In this document: one piece after another, positions 8,443-17,669 of the stretch | How positions within the stretch are numbered: position 1 is the stretch's first letter | Layout: each line of letters opens with the position of its first letter | NCBI GenBank assembly: GCA_903835065.1 | Contig: CAILLO010000077.1 | Coordinates: 48,621 to 112,620 of the forward strand | Direction of reading: 5' to 3' | DNA length: 64,000 nucleotides | From: an uncultured Eubacteriales bacterium | GTDB taxonomy: Bacteria > Bacillota > Clostridia > Saccharofermentanales > UBA5734 | Notes under the pieces: model-generated | What the model saw: the letters and a program-made list of their open reading frames with translations, nothing else | What the model was told of the DNA's origin: nothing | The model's database searches: none | Made by a program: the position numbers and the translations under genes

Positions 8443-10172
8443 ATCCGCTCGACGGCCGCGATCCCGAGGAGGTCGAGGCCGGTCTTCAGGGCGGTGCAGA
8501 CGGCTTCGGTCAGCGCGATCCGGGCGCGGCGAAGGCCGGCGTCGGGCGCGGACAGGATCGACTCGTTGTTGTAGAACTTGTTGAAGGCGCGGGCGATCCC
8601 GGCGACCTGGCGGGTCAGCAGGAATGGCTCGTTCGCCTCGACCGCCCGGTGCACGGCATCCCCGAACCCGTAGAGCAGGCGGGCCACGGCGGCTTCGTCG
8701 TCCCCTCCCATCCGCGCGAGGTCCTCCGGCGTCGCGTCGGCCGCGGAAGCGCCCTCCAGGGCGCCCTTGCGCAGCACGCTGCGACCGCGCGCGTACGTGT
8801 ACATCGCGTAGGGGCCGGTCTCGCCGTCGAAGTCGAGCATCTCCTCCCAGGAAAAGACGATGTCGCGGTCGCGTCCGTTGCGCAGGAACATGTACTGCAC
8901 CGCGCCGATGCCGACCTTCTCGGCGACCTCCGCGCGCTCTTCCTCGGACATGTCCGTGCCGCGCAGCTCCGCGTTCCGGTCGATGATCTCGCGGGTCTTG
9001 GCGACGCTCTCCGCGAGCAGCTCGTCGAGGAAGATCACCTCGCCGGCGCGCGTCGAGAGCTTGCGGTCGGCGAACTTCACGAGGCCGAACCCGACGTGCA
9101 CGCAGTCGTCCGCCCAGGCGAAGCCGGCCTTCTTCAGGACGGCGAAGACCTGCCGGAAGTGCAGCGCCTGGGGCGTGCCGACGACATAGATGTTCTTGTA
9201 GAAGCCGTACGTCTCCTTGCGGTAGAGGGCGCTGGCGATGTCGCGGGAGGCATAGATCGTCGCGCCGTCGGACTTGAGGACGATGCAGGGCGGCAGGCCC
9301 TCCTCGTCGAGCTTGACGACCTGGGCTCCCTCGCTCTCCTCGAGCAGGCCCTTCGCGCGCAGCAGGTCGACGACGGCCGGGATGCGGTCGCTGTAGTAGC
9401 TCTCGCCGTTGTAATTGTCGAAGGCGATGCCCATCCGGTCGTACACCCGCGCGAACTCAAGAAGACTCAGGTCGCGGAAGCGCTTCCAGAGGGCCATCTC
9501 GGGGGCGTTCCCCTCCTCGAGCGCGAGGAAACGCGCGCGCGCCTCCGTCTCGAGGGCCAGGTCGGCCTTGGCCTCGTCGTGGAACTTGACGTAGATGCGC
9601 AGGAGCTCCCGGATCGGCGCCTCCAGCAGCGCGGCCTCGTCGCCCCAGCGCCCGTACGCGACGATCAGCTTGCCGAACTGCGTGCCGTAGTCGCCGAGGT
9701 GGTTCATGCGCACGACCGGATACCCGAGGTGCGTGTAGAGTTTCGCGACCGATTGGCCGAGAATCGTCGTGAAGGCATGCCCGATATGGAAGGGCTTGGC
9801 GATGTTGGGCGAGGAGAACTCGACGATCACGGTCTTCCCGGCGCCCTCTTCCGTCGCGCCGATGCGGGGGCCCGCCGCGAGGGCGTCCGCCACTACGGTG
9901 CCGACGAAGACGCCGCGGTCGAGGAAGAAGTTCAGGTAGCCGCCGACCGCCTGCACGCGGTCGAGGAACGGCGCGCCCTCGGCGAGCTTCGAGGCGAGTT
10001 CGGCCGCGATCGCGGGCGGGGCCTTGCGCAGCGTCTTCGCGAGCGGGAAGCAGGGGAACGCGTAGTCTCCGAGTTCGAACTGCGGCGGGACCTCCACGGA
10101 CGCCTCGAGGGTGTCCGCGGGAAGGCCCGTGCGGGCCGAAAGAAGTTCTGCAATCGCTCTCCGGAAGTCCAT
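8439..10172 (-). CDS. argS: arginine--tRNA ligase
   Basis: VEFSSPNIAKPFHIGH, NHLGDYGTQFG, KLSTRAG and FDGETGPY motifs. Confidence 0.98.
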   Translation of the reverse strand: MDFRRAIAELLSARTGLPADTLEASVEVPPQFELGDYAFPCFPLAKTLRKAPPAIAAELASKLAEGAPFLDRVQAVGGYLNFFLDRGVFVGTVVADALAAGPRIGATEEGAGKTVIVEFSSPNIAKPFHIGHAFTTILGQSVAKLYTHLGYPVVRMNHLGDYGTQFGKLIVAYGRWGDEAALLEAPIRELLRIYVKFHDEAKADLALETEARARFLALEEGNAPEMALWKRFRDLSLLEFARVYDRMGIAFDNYNGESYYSDRIPAVVDLLRAKGLLEESEGAQVVKLDEEGLPPCIVLKSDGATIYASRDIASALYRKETYGFYKNIYVVGTPQALHFRQVFAVLKKAGFAWADDCVHVGFGLVKFADRKLSTRAGEVIFLDELLAESVAKTREIIDRNAELRGTDMSEEERAEVAEKVGIGAVQYMFLRNGRDRDIVFSWEEMLDFDGETGPYAMYTYARGRSVLRKGALEGASAADATPEDLARMGGDDEAAVARLLYGFGDAVHRAVEANEPFLLTRQVAGIARAFNKFYNNESILSAPDAGLRRARIALTEAVCTALKTGLDLLGIAAVERM

Positions 10173-10303
10173 GCTCCACCGCCTTCGTTCGTCCATCCGT
10201 CTATTCATACCACCCGGCGCCTTCGGGTGTCAATTCGTCGCGAGCGCGCGGAAGGGCGCCCGCGGACGCCCTCCCGCCGTTCCCGCATGCCCCCCGGGGT
10301 CAT

Positions 10304-10702
10304 TCAGGTCGAGGTCACGCCGAACAGCATGCCCACGAAATAGGGGATCAGCCAGATCGACCAGACCACGACGCTGAACTTGTGGAAACCGGCCTTCGAC
10401 TTCTCGGAGCCGCGCACCAGGACGACGGTCGCCCAGATGGCGTGCAGGACCATCAATCCGATCGCGAGGCCGCCCGTCACGCCGTGGATCAGCAGGGTGG
10501 CCGGGGCGACCTGCTCCGTGCCGCTTCTCGCGATCAGGCCCATGGTGGTGGTGCCGGTCGTGTCGAACACCAGGCCGGCCCAGAAGCACAGCAGGTGCCA
10601 GCGCTTCAACGTATTCGCCCGTCTCTCCGACCAGACGCCGATCGTATAGAACACGAGGGCCAGGGTGATCGTCACGATCGCCAGAATCAGTCTTCCGTCC
10701 AT
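10304..10702 (-). CDS. HsmA-family (TIGR03987-like) 4-TM membrane protein, putative heme-binding
   Basis: ALVFYTIGVWSER, FWAGLVFDTTGTTTM, HGVTG, MVLHAIWA and FHKFSVVVWSIWLIPY motifs. Confidence 0.85.
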   Translation of the reverse strand: MDGRLILAIVTITLALVFYTIGVWSERRANTLKRWHLLCFWAGLVFDTTGTTTMGLIARSGTEQVAPATLLIHGVTGGLAIGLMVLHAIWATVVLVRGSEKSKAGFHKFSVVVWSIWLIPYFVGMLFGVTST

Positions 10703-11148
10703 GTCTCTTCTTCCTGTTTCGCCTGCATCCGTTCCAGGATGTCGGTCAGGCTCTGCCTTGCCGCCTGGAGCTCGGCGTCCGCGAATCCCTCGAACAGCCG
10801 GTCGAAGCTGTCCGAGAGAACGCCGCGCGATTCCGCCGCCAGCCTTCTTCCCTTCTCCGAGAATCGGAGATAGACGTTGCGCCCGTCCCCGCCCTGCTTG
10901 AACTTCTCGATCAGCCCGCCGTCCTCCATGCGCGCGAGGATGCCGGACACGGTCCCTTTCGTCAGGGACAGTTCCCGGCAGAGGTCCGTGACCTTGTGGA
11001 CCTGCCCGTGCGCGAGGAGACGGACGACCATCGCCTGCTGCGCCGACAGCCCGCTGTCCGACATGCTTCGCCCGACGCGCCTCATGCAGAGCGAATAGAG
11101 GTCCCGGATCAGCTTGGCCGTCGCGAAGGCTTCATCATTGCGGTTCAT
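10687..11148 (-). CDS. MarR-family regulator (HsmR-like)
   Basis: GLSAQQ...LSLTKGTVSGILARME-GGLI...DGRNV winged-helix pattern; overlaps the HsmA-family gene. Confidence 0.9.
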   Translation of the reverse strand: MNRNDEAFATAKLIRDLYSLCMRRVGRSMSDSGLSAQQAMVVRLLAHGQVHKVTDLCRELSLTKGTVSGILARMEDGGLIEKFKQGGDGRNVYLRFSEKGRRLAAESRGVLSDSFDRLFEGFADAELQAARQSLTDILERMQAKQEEETWTED

Positions 11149-11169
11149 CGGGTCCATCCCCCTTGCGAT

Positions 11170-11233
11170 TTGGTTCGCATCGTTACCATATGGTTTCCAT
11201 CCAAACTATATCGCCGCAGTCCTTCCCTGTCAA
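11170..11233 (-). promoter_or_regulatory. sigmaA promoter with two tandem 20-bp pseudo-palindromic operators
   Basis: TTGACA (11233-11228), 17 bp spacer, TATAGT (11210-11205); ATGGTTT-N6-AAACTAT (11190-11209) and TTGGTTC-N6-TTACCAT (11170-11189). Confidence 0.7.
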
Positions 11234-11306
11234 GCCCTTTTCAAGGAATGCGAAAGGACGCCCCGAAGGACGTCCTCTGCGGTTCTCGAGACCCAGGTCC
11301 CGACGG

Positions 11307-11981
<675 letters not shown>

Positions 11982-11995
11982 TGCATATCCTCCCA

Positions 11996-12676
11996 TCAGC
12001 CGCCAGCGGGAGGCTGTCCGTCGCCCCCGGAGCCGCCGTTGTCGCCCGGGAAGCCGCCCGTCGGGAAGGCTCCGCCGCTCGGGAACGTCCCGCCGCCGAA
12101 TCCGCCGCGGCCGGTGATCGCGGTCGTCGTCAGCGTGACCTTGGAGATCGACTTGCCGTTGGACCCGTAGTAGATCATCAGGAAGTTGCCGACCTGGACC
12201 TTGGAGATGTCGACGACCGTGGTCGTCACGGCGCCGCCCGTGCCACGGGTCGACTCCGTGATCTGGACGCCGACGGGGATGATGAGGGTCCTGGTTTCAC
12301 CGGTGTAGCTGATGGTGAAGCGGCCGGCTCCGCCGGTCGGGTACGCGCCGCCGGTGGGGCGCGTGTAGCCCCCGGTCGGCCGTGCGCCGCCGGTGGGCCG
12401 CGTGTAGCCCCCGGTCGGCCGCGTATAGCCGCCGGTGGGCCGCGTGAAGCCACCGGTCGGGAAGCCGCCGGTCGGGATGGCGATGAGCTTGAGCGTGACC
12501 TGGTTGCCGGAGATGTCGGTCACCTCGCCCCACAGGCCCGGGAGGGTCGTCGTGGAGGCGGACGCCGCGGCCTTCGTGCAGGCCGACAGCGCGAACAGGG
12601 CCGCGATGGCCAGGACGGCGACCGCGATGAGCGGCACCGCGTTCCGGCGGAACGATTTCTGGTCGAATCTCTTCAT
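11996..12676 (-). CDS. lipoprotein with PTGG tandem repeats and Gly-rich tail
   Basis: Signal peptide with lipobox LSAC; beta-rich segments interrupted by repeats; RBS AAGGAG before MKRFDQ. Confidence 0.8.
   Translation of the reverse strand: MKRFDQKSFRRNAVPLIAVAVLAIAALFALSACTKAAASASTTTLPGLWGEVTDISGNQVTLKLIAIPTGGFPTGGFTRPTGGYTRPTGGYTRPTGGARPTGGYTRPTGGAYPTGGAGRFTISYTGETRTLIIPVGVQITESTRGTGGAVTTTVVDISKVQVGNFLMIYYGSNGKSISKVTLTTTAITGRGGFGGGTFPSGGAFPTGGFPGDNGGSGGDGQPPAGG
12330..12475 (-). repeat. coding tandem repeat, eight PTGG units (15-21 bp)
   Basis: PTGGF PTGGFTR PTGGYTR PTGGYTR PTGGAR PTGGYTR PTGGAY PTGGA. Confidence 0.9.
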
Positions 12677-12701
12677 GGCTGCTTCTCCTTCTGGCACGGG
12701 G

Positions 12702-14012
12702 CTATTCGTAGTTCAGGGCGTCGATGGGCTTGAGGCGGGAAGCCTTCCAGGCCGGGTAGTATCCGAAGAACATGCCGGTCGCCGCGGAGAACGCGATGCC
12801 GAGCGCGGCGCCCTCGACCGAGGCCAGGAAGCTCACGCCGAGCGCCGTGAGGACCAGGGGGGCGAGGAAGCTCACGCCCACGCCCAGCAGCCCGCCGCCC
12901 ACACTGATGAAGACGGCCTCCAGCAGGAACTCCGACAGGATCGTCGAACGCGATGCGCCGACGCTCTTCAGGATGCCGATCTCACGCGTGCGTTCCTTCA
13001 CGGCGACCATCAGGACGTTCATGATGCCGATGCCGCTGACGATCAGTACGATGATGGCGATGACGAGCAGCAGGGAAGCCATGGTGTTGGAGGTGTTTAG
13101 GGCCGCGGTCAGCGTGCTGCCGGCGTCGGTGACGGTGTATGCGGAGGAGGAACCGAGAATGGACGCGATGTAGGAGTCGATCTCGTCGATCGCGGCGCTG
13201 ACCGTCGTGATGTCGGACGCGAGCGCGATGTAGCTGGTCGTGGCGTTGTTGGCCGAGAACGTCCCGCGGCCCGCGGTCGCCGTGCCGGTCGTGTACTTGA
13301 GCGCGACCGCATAGGGCATGAAGATGCTGTCGTCGGCCGCGGTGGAGACGGAGGAAGTCTGGCCGGGACTGGTGGACGAGGAACCCGTCGACAAGCCGCC
13401 CGTGCCGCCGATGCGGTCGAGGACGCCAACGACCGTGAAGGTGTTGCCCTGGATCATGACGGTCTGGCCGACGGCCGTGGACGGATCCGTGAAGAGCGTG
13501 GCGGCGATGTTGTTTCCGAGCACGACCACGCGGTGGCGCAGGGCGCCGTCCTGGTCGGTGAAGAAGTCGCCGTAGGCCGTGTATAGATTGGTGATGGTGG
13601 CGTACGCCTCGTTCACGCCCTGCAGGTTGACCGTCGAGGAGGCCGAGCCCTCGGCCACCGTGGCCGACGTGCGGACGCTCACGCCCACGCTCTGGACGTC
13701 CTGCAGCTGGTTCGACATCGCGAGGAACTGGTCGGCCGACAGGATGGTCTGGGTCGTAGCCGCGGTGGTGGTCTGGCCGAACGGTCCGCGCACGCCGCCC
13801 GAGAAGCCGGTCGAGTTCTGGGTAATCGTGATGCTGGCGGCGCTCAGGCGGCGGTACTGGTCGGTGACCGCCTGCTCGCCGGCCTTGCCGATGCCGACGA
13901 CCATGATGATGGTGGCCGTGCCGATGATGATCCCGAGCGAAGTCAGGAAGGCCCGGGACTTGTTCATCCGGAGGTCGAGGAGGACCGAACGGACCACTTC
14001 GAGCGGTCTCAT
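12702..14012 (-). CDS. MacB/FtsX-type ABC transporter permease
   Basis: RAFLTSLGIIIG, GIGIMNVLMVAVKERTREIGILKSVGA and FFGYYPAWKASRLKPIDAL motifs. Confidence 0.95.
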   Translation of the reverse strand: MRPLEVVRSVLLDLRMNKSRAFLTSLGIIIGTATIIMVVGIGKAGEQAVTDQYRRLSAASITITQNSTGFSGGVRGPFGQTTTAATTQTILSADQFLAMSNQLQDVQSVGVSVRTSATVAEGSASSTVNLQGVNEAYATITNLYTAYGDFFTDQDGALRHRVVVLGNNIAATLFTDPSTAVGQTVMIQGNTFTVVGVLDRIGGTGGLSTGSSSTSPGQTSSVSTAADDSIFMPYAVALKYTTGTATAGRGTFSANNATTSYIALASDITTVSAAIDEIDSYIASILGSSSAYTVTDAGSTLTAALNTSNTMASLLLVIAIIVLIVSGIGIMNVLMVAVKERTREIGILKSVGASRSTILSEFLLEAVFISVGGGLLGVGVSFLAPLVLTALGVSFLASVEGAALGIAFSAATGMFFGYYPAWKASRLKPIDALNYE

Positions 14013-15193
14013 TGGGAGATGCTCCCGATGACGACCGTCTGGCCTTCGGTCAGACCGTCGACGACCTCGACGTTGGTGCCGTCGGAGATGCCCGTGGTGA
14101 CCTCGACCTTCGTGACCTTGCCGGCCGAATCCTTGACGTTGACCGTCTGGATGCCGTCGGAGGAGGTGGTCACGGCCTTGACCGGGATATACAGGACGTT
14201 GTCCTTCTCGGTCTTCAGATAGGTGATGACGGCGCTCTCGCCCTGCAGGACATCGACGTTCGGGTCGTCCAGGGTCCCGGTGACGGTGTAGGTCACGATG
14301 CCGGTGCTGGCGATCGAGGGCGTCTCGCTGACGGCCGTGACCTTGCCGGGAACATTGACGAGCGAGGCCGCGTCGACGGAGATCTTCATGGTCTGTCCGG
14401 CCTTGACGCTGGCGATGTCGCCTTCCGTGACGCTGGAGGTGAGATAGACGACCGACGGGTCGATGAGTGTCAGGAACGTGTTGGCGTTGGTGTTGAACCC
14501 GTTCTGGCTGACCGTGAAGCTGTCGCCGACCTTGTAGTTGATCGCGCTGACCACGCCGTCGACGGTCGCCGTCAGGACGGTCTGCGTCAGGTTGGACTTC
14601 GCGGTGGCGAGCGCGGTCGCCGCGTCCTCCATGGCGAGTTTGGCGGTGATCACGGAGACGTCGTAGTTCACCAGGTTGCTGTAGCGCTCCTTGGCCAGCT
14701 GGTACTGCAGCTGGGTCATGGTGTCGTTCGGGTTGCCGTTGTAGGCGGTCGTGGCGTTCGTGAGCGCGATCTGGTCGGTCACGAGGTTGATCTTGTGCTG
14801 GATGACCGCGTCGTTGTAACCGGCCGTGGAGCGGTCGAGGTTGTTCTGGGCCGTGACCACCGCGCGCTGCAGGACGGTGTCGTCGAGCTCGGCGAGCGTC
14901 TGGCCCTTGGTGACCTTGTCGCCGACGGCCACGTCGATGGCCTTGACGGTCGAGGAGACGGTGAACGCCAGCGCATACGTCGACAGCTGGATGCGACCGT
15001 CCGCAATCAGTCCGACAAGCAGGTTGCCCTTGGTGACCGTGGCGGTGGTGGTCTTCTTCGTCGTCGTGGTCGTCGTGGTCGATCCGAACAGCGTGCAGCC
15101 CGAAGCGAGCACGGAAAGCGCGACGAGCCCGGCGGCGAGCGCAAGGGCGGCTGGAGTGCGGCGGGACCTCGGATTCGTTCTCTTCATGGTCAT
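14009..15193 (-). CDS. efflux periplasmic adaptor (MacA/YknX-like) lipoprotein
   Basis: Lipobox ASGC followed by poly-Thr; VAVGDKVTKGQTLAELD lipoyl half-motif, coiled coil and GISDGTNVEVVDGLTEG. Confidence 0.92.
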   Translation of the reverse strand: MTMKRTNPRSRRTPAALALAAGLVALSVLASGCTLFGSTTTTTTTKKTTTATVTKGNLLVGLIADGRIQLSTYALAFTVSSTVKAIDVAVGDKVTKGQTLAELDDTVLQRAVVTAQNNLDRSTAGYNDAVIQHKINLVTDQIALTNATTAYNGNPNDTMTQLQYQLAKERYSNLVNYDVSVITAKLAMEDAATALATAKSNLTQTVLTATVDGVVSAINYKVGDSFTVSQNGFNTNANTFLTLIDPSVVYLTSSVTEGDIASVKAGQTMKISVDAASLVNVPGKVTAVSETPSIASTGIVTYTVTGTLDDPNVDVLQGESAVITYLKTEKDNVLYIPVKAVTTSSDGIQTVNVKDSAGKVTKVEVTTGISDGTNVEVVDGLTEGQTVVIGSISQ

Positions 15194-15223
15194 GGCTCTC
15201 CCTTCCTGTTGATGCCTACGCCC

Positions 15224-15288
15224 ATTCTAATGAAGGGACCATCCCGATTTGCGATGCTCCGGCGTCGGTTTCGTGAGAGTTCTGTGAG
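15224..15288 (-). promoter_or_regulatory. candidate OmpR-type binding site and -10 of the exporter operon
   Basis: Minus strand CTCACAGAACT CTCACGAAACC (11-bp period, 15288-15267); TAGAAT at 15229-15224. Confidence 0.55.
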
Positions 15289-15293
15289 GACAG

Positions 15294-16841
15294 TCAGGCG
15301 TCGGTTCCGCGGGATTCCGGAGGTGTCCCGTCCATCGGGATCTCGAACCAGAAATCGACGCCGCCGGGCACGTTCGCCGCGCCGCAGGTCCCGCCGTGCG
15401 CGTGGACCACAGACTGGACGATGTGGAGTCCGAGCCCCGTGCCGCCGTAGCTGCGCGTACGGGACTTGTCGACCTTGTAGAAGCTTTCCCAGACGCGGGG
15501 CAGCGACGCCTCGGGGATTCCGTCGCCGGTATCGAACACCGACAAGCGGACCTTCCCGTCCAGGCATTCCCAGCGGACGTCGATCCTCTTGTCGCCTCCG
15601 ACGTAGTGGATCGCGTTGGTCAGGTAGTTGTCGAAGGACTGTTCGATCCGCTCCTCGTCCGCATACAAGGCGAGGTCGGGCCCCTCCGCGGTCACGGTCA
15701 CGCCGGCGTCCCGCAGGGGCAGGGCGTAGCGCTCGAGACCGCGCTCGACCAGTGCCTTGACGGAGAACTCGGTGCGGTCGAGCCGGACTTCGCCGGCGTC
15801 GAGCTGGGCCAGGTCGAGCAGGCGCACGACGATGCGGTTCATCTGCCGCGCCTCGTCGACGATCACGTCGCAGTACATGTCCTTCTCGTCCTCGTTGATC
15901 CGCAGCTTCAACCCTTCCGCGTAACCGAGGATCAGTGCGATCGGGGTCTTGAGCTCGTGCGAGACGTTGGAAACGAATTCCTTGCGCAGCTGGTCGATGC
16001 GTTCCTTGCGTTCGATGTCGGCCTGGAGCTCCTTGTTCGCCGCGCGGAGCTCGGAAATCGCGCCCTCGAGCTGCGTGGACAGCGAATTGACGCTCTGGCC
16101 CAGTTCGCCGACCTCGTCGTCGGTCCGGACGTCGATCTTGTGGGAGAAGTCGAGGACGGCCATGGCCTTGGCGGTGCGGCTGATCTCGAGGACGGGGCGC
16201 GTGACGGTGCGGGCGAGCAGGTAGGCGAACAGGCCGCCGAGCAGGATCGTGAACAGGCCGACGATCAGGAAGAAGCCGTTGGCGATCGAGGCGCTGTCGC
16301 TGATCTGCTGGATCGAGGTGCGGAGCAGGATGTAGTACACGGCGCCGTCCGCCGTCGTGTCCTTGCCGGACAGCGACAGGAACGTCGCGCCGGTGCGTGC
16401 GTCGCTGTAGCGGGAGACCACGGGCGTGGCCTTGAACAGGGGGAGGTTGTCCAGGACCTGCCGTTCGTCGGAGATGCCGAAGCCGCCCCGCCCGTCGGGC
16501 AGGCCGGTCGAACCGCCGGACGCCGGCAGCGTGGGAAGCGGCACGCCGGAGATGTTCGGCTGGTTCTGGCGCGTACCGTAGACGCGGTTGAGATTCTCGT
16601 CGGCGATGGCGATGTAGACGCCGAGTTCGTTCTCGATCTTCTCGAGCGCGAGGTCGCGCGACGTCGCGTCGAGCTGCAGCGCGGCGACGACCCGGGGATA
16701 GGTGTCCTGCAGGCTCGCGGTCTTGCGTCCGATGTACCAGGGCTGCAGGAACAGCGCGTTCAGGAGGAACGAGACGAGGACGAAGGCCAGCATGAGCCCG
16801 GTCGTCAGCCCGAAGAGGCGGAAACGGAGGGAATGCTTCAC
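15294..16841 (-). CDS. HAMP-domain sensor histidine kinase
   Basis: Two TM segments, HAMP, SNVSHELKTPI H-box, NYLTNAI, DTGDGI, FYKVDKSR and GGTGLGL; GTG start overlaps the regulator stop. Confidence 0.95.
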   Translation of the reverse strand: MKHSLRFRLFGLTTGLMLAFVLVSFLLNALFLQPWYIGRKTASLQDTYPRVVAALQLDATSRDLALEKIENELGVYIAIADENLNRVYGTRQNQPNISGVPLPTLPASGGSTGLPDGRGGFGISDERQVLDNLPLFKATPVVSRYSDARTGATFLSLSGKDTTADGAVYYILLRTSIQQISDSASIANGFFLIVGLFTILLGGLFAYLLARTVTRPVLEISRTAKAMAVLDFSHKIDVRTDDEVGELGQSVNSLSTQLEGAISELRAANKELQADIERKERIDQLRKEFVSNVSHELKTPIALILGYAEGLKLRINEDEKDMYCDVIVDEARQMNRIVVRLLDLAQLDAGEVRLDRTEFSVKALVERGLERYALPLRDAGVTVTAEGPDLALYADEERIEQSFDNYLTNAIHYVGGDKRIDVRWECLDGKVRLSVFDTGDGIPEASLPRVWESFYKVDKSRTRSYGGTGLGLHIVQSVVHAHGGTCGAANVPGGVDFWFEIPMDGTPPESRGTDA

Positions 16842-17518
16842 GGGTCGACCTCCAGGCTGTAGCCGACCCCGCGGATCGTGCGGATCCGCTCGGCGCGGGT
16901 GCCGAGCTTGGCGCGCAGCTGCTTGACGTGGGTGTCGACCGTGCGTAGGTCGCCGTAGAAGTCGTAGTTCCAGACCGCGGACAGGAGGCGCTCGCGCGTC
17001 AGGGCGATCCCTGCGTTCTCGAAGAGATACAGGAAGAGGTCGTATTCCTTGGGGGTGAGGTCCAGGCGCTTCCCGTCGAGGAAGATGGTGTGCCCGGGCT
17101 CGTCGACGCGGACGCCGTCGAATTCGGTCGGGGTCTCCTTCCGGGTCCCGCTGCGGCGGAGCAGCGCCTCGACGCGCGCCACGAGCAGCCCGGGCGAGAA
17201 GGGCTTGGTCACGTAGTCGTCGGCGCCCAGGGCGAATCCCTCGAGCTGGTCGTATTCGCCGGCCTTCGCGGTCAGCATGAGCACGGGCGTGCGGTGGTTC
17301 TCGCGGATCAGCTTGAGGACGGCCCACCCGTCCGGCGGGGGCATCATCACGTCGAGGATCACGAGGTCGATCTTCTCGGGGTGATCCAGGAACACCTTCC
17401 AGGCTTCCTTCCCGTCCACGGCCTCCTCGACGGCGAACCCCCGGTTGCGCAGGAAATCCCCGACCAGCTTGCGGATCCTCTCTTCGTCGTCGACCACCAG
17501 GACCGTCGTGCGTTTCAT
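16838..17518 (-). CDS. OmpR-family response regulator
   Basis: VLVVDDE, ILDVMMP, GADDYVTKPF, LTPKEYDL and RTVDTHVKQLRAKL motifs. Confidence 0.96.
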   Translation of the reverse strand: MKRTTVLVVDDEERIRKLVGDFLRNRGFAVEEAVDGKEAWKVFLDHPEKIDLVILDVMMPPPDGWAVLKLIRENHRTPVLMLTAKAGEYDQLEGFALGADDYVTKPFSPGLLVARVEALLRRSGTRKETPTEFDGVRVDEPGHTIFLDGKRLDLTPKEYDLFLYLFENAGIALTRERLLSAVWNYDFYGDLRTVDTHVKQLRAKLGTRAERIRTIRGVGYSLEVDP

Positions 17519-17590
17519 GATGCGATGACCCCCTTCTCGTTTTCCATTTGTAGCCATCGTACACCCGTTCCGTGATGGGGAGGTGAGGTT

Positions 17591-17619
17591 TGGACAAACC
17601 CGGCCGGGTAGACTACGAT
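17591..17619 (+). promoter_or_regulatory. mgtA promoter
   Basis: TGGACA, 17 bp spacer, TACGAT. Confidence 0.55.
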
Positions 17620-17669
17620 GGGGGAAAAGACCCGTGCAGGACCGAAGGACGGGTCGCGTGGGAGGCGGC

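Noticed and set aside
10173..10303. T-box leader for argS (likewise 48091-48210 for gltX)
   Set aside because: Regions are short, with promoter-like elements near the start and no T-box consensus with terminator.
12330..12475. Possible CRISPR array
   Set aside because: Units are contiguous, in-frame, 15-21 bp, without unique spacers, and no cas genes are present.
17620..17669. M-box riboswitch or leader peptide before mgtA
   Set aside because: The leader is only about 45 nt with one hairpin (GACCCGT/ACGGGTC), too short for an M-box.
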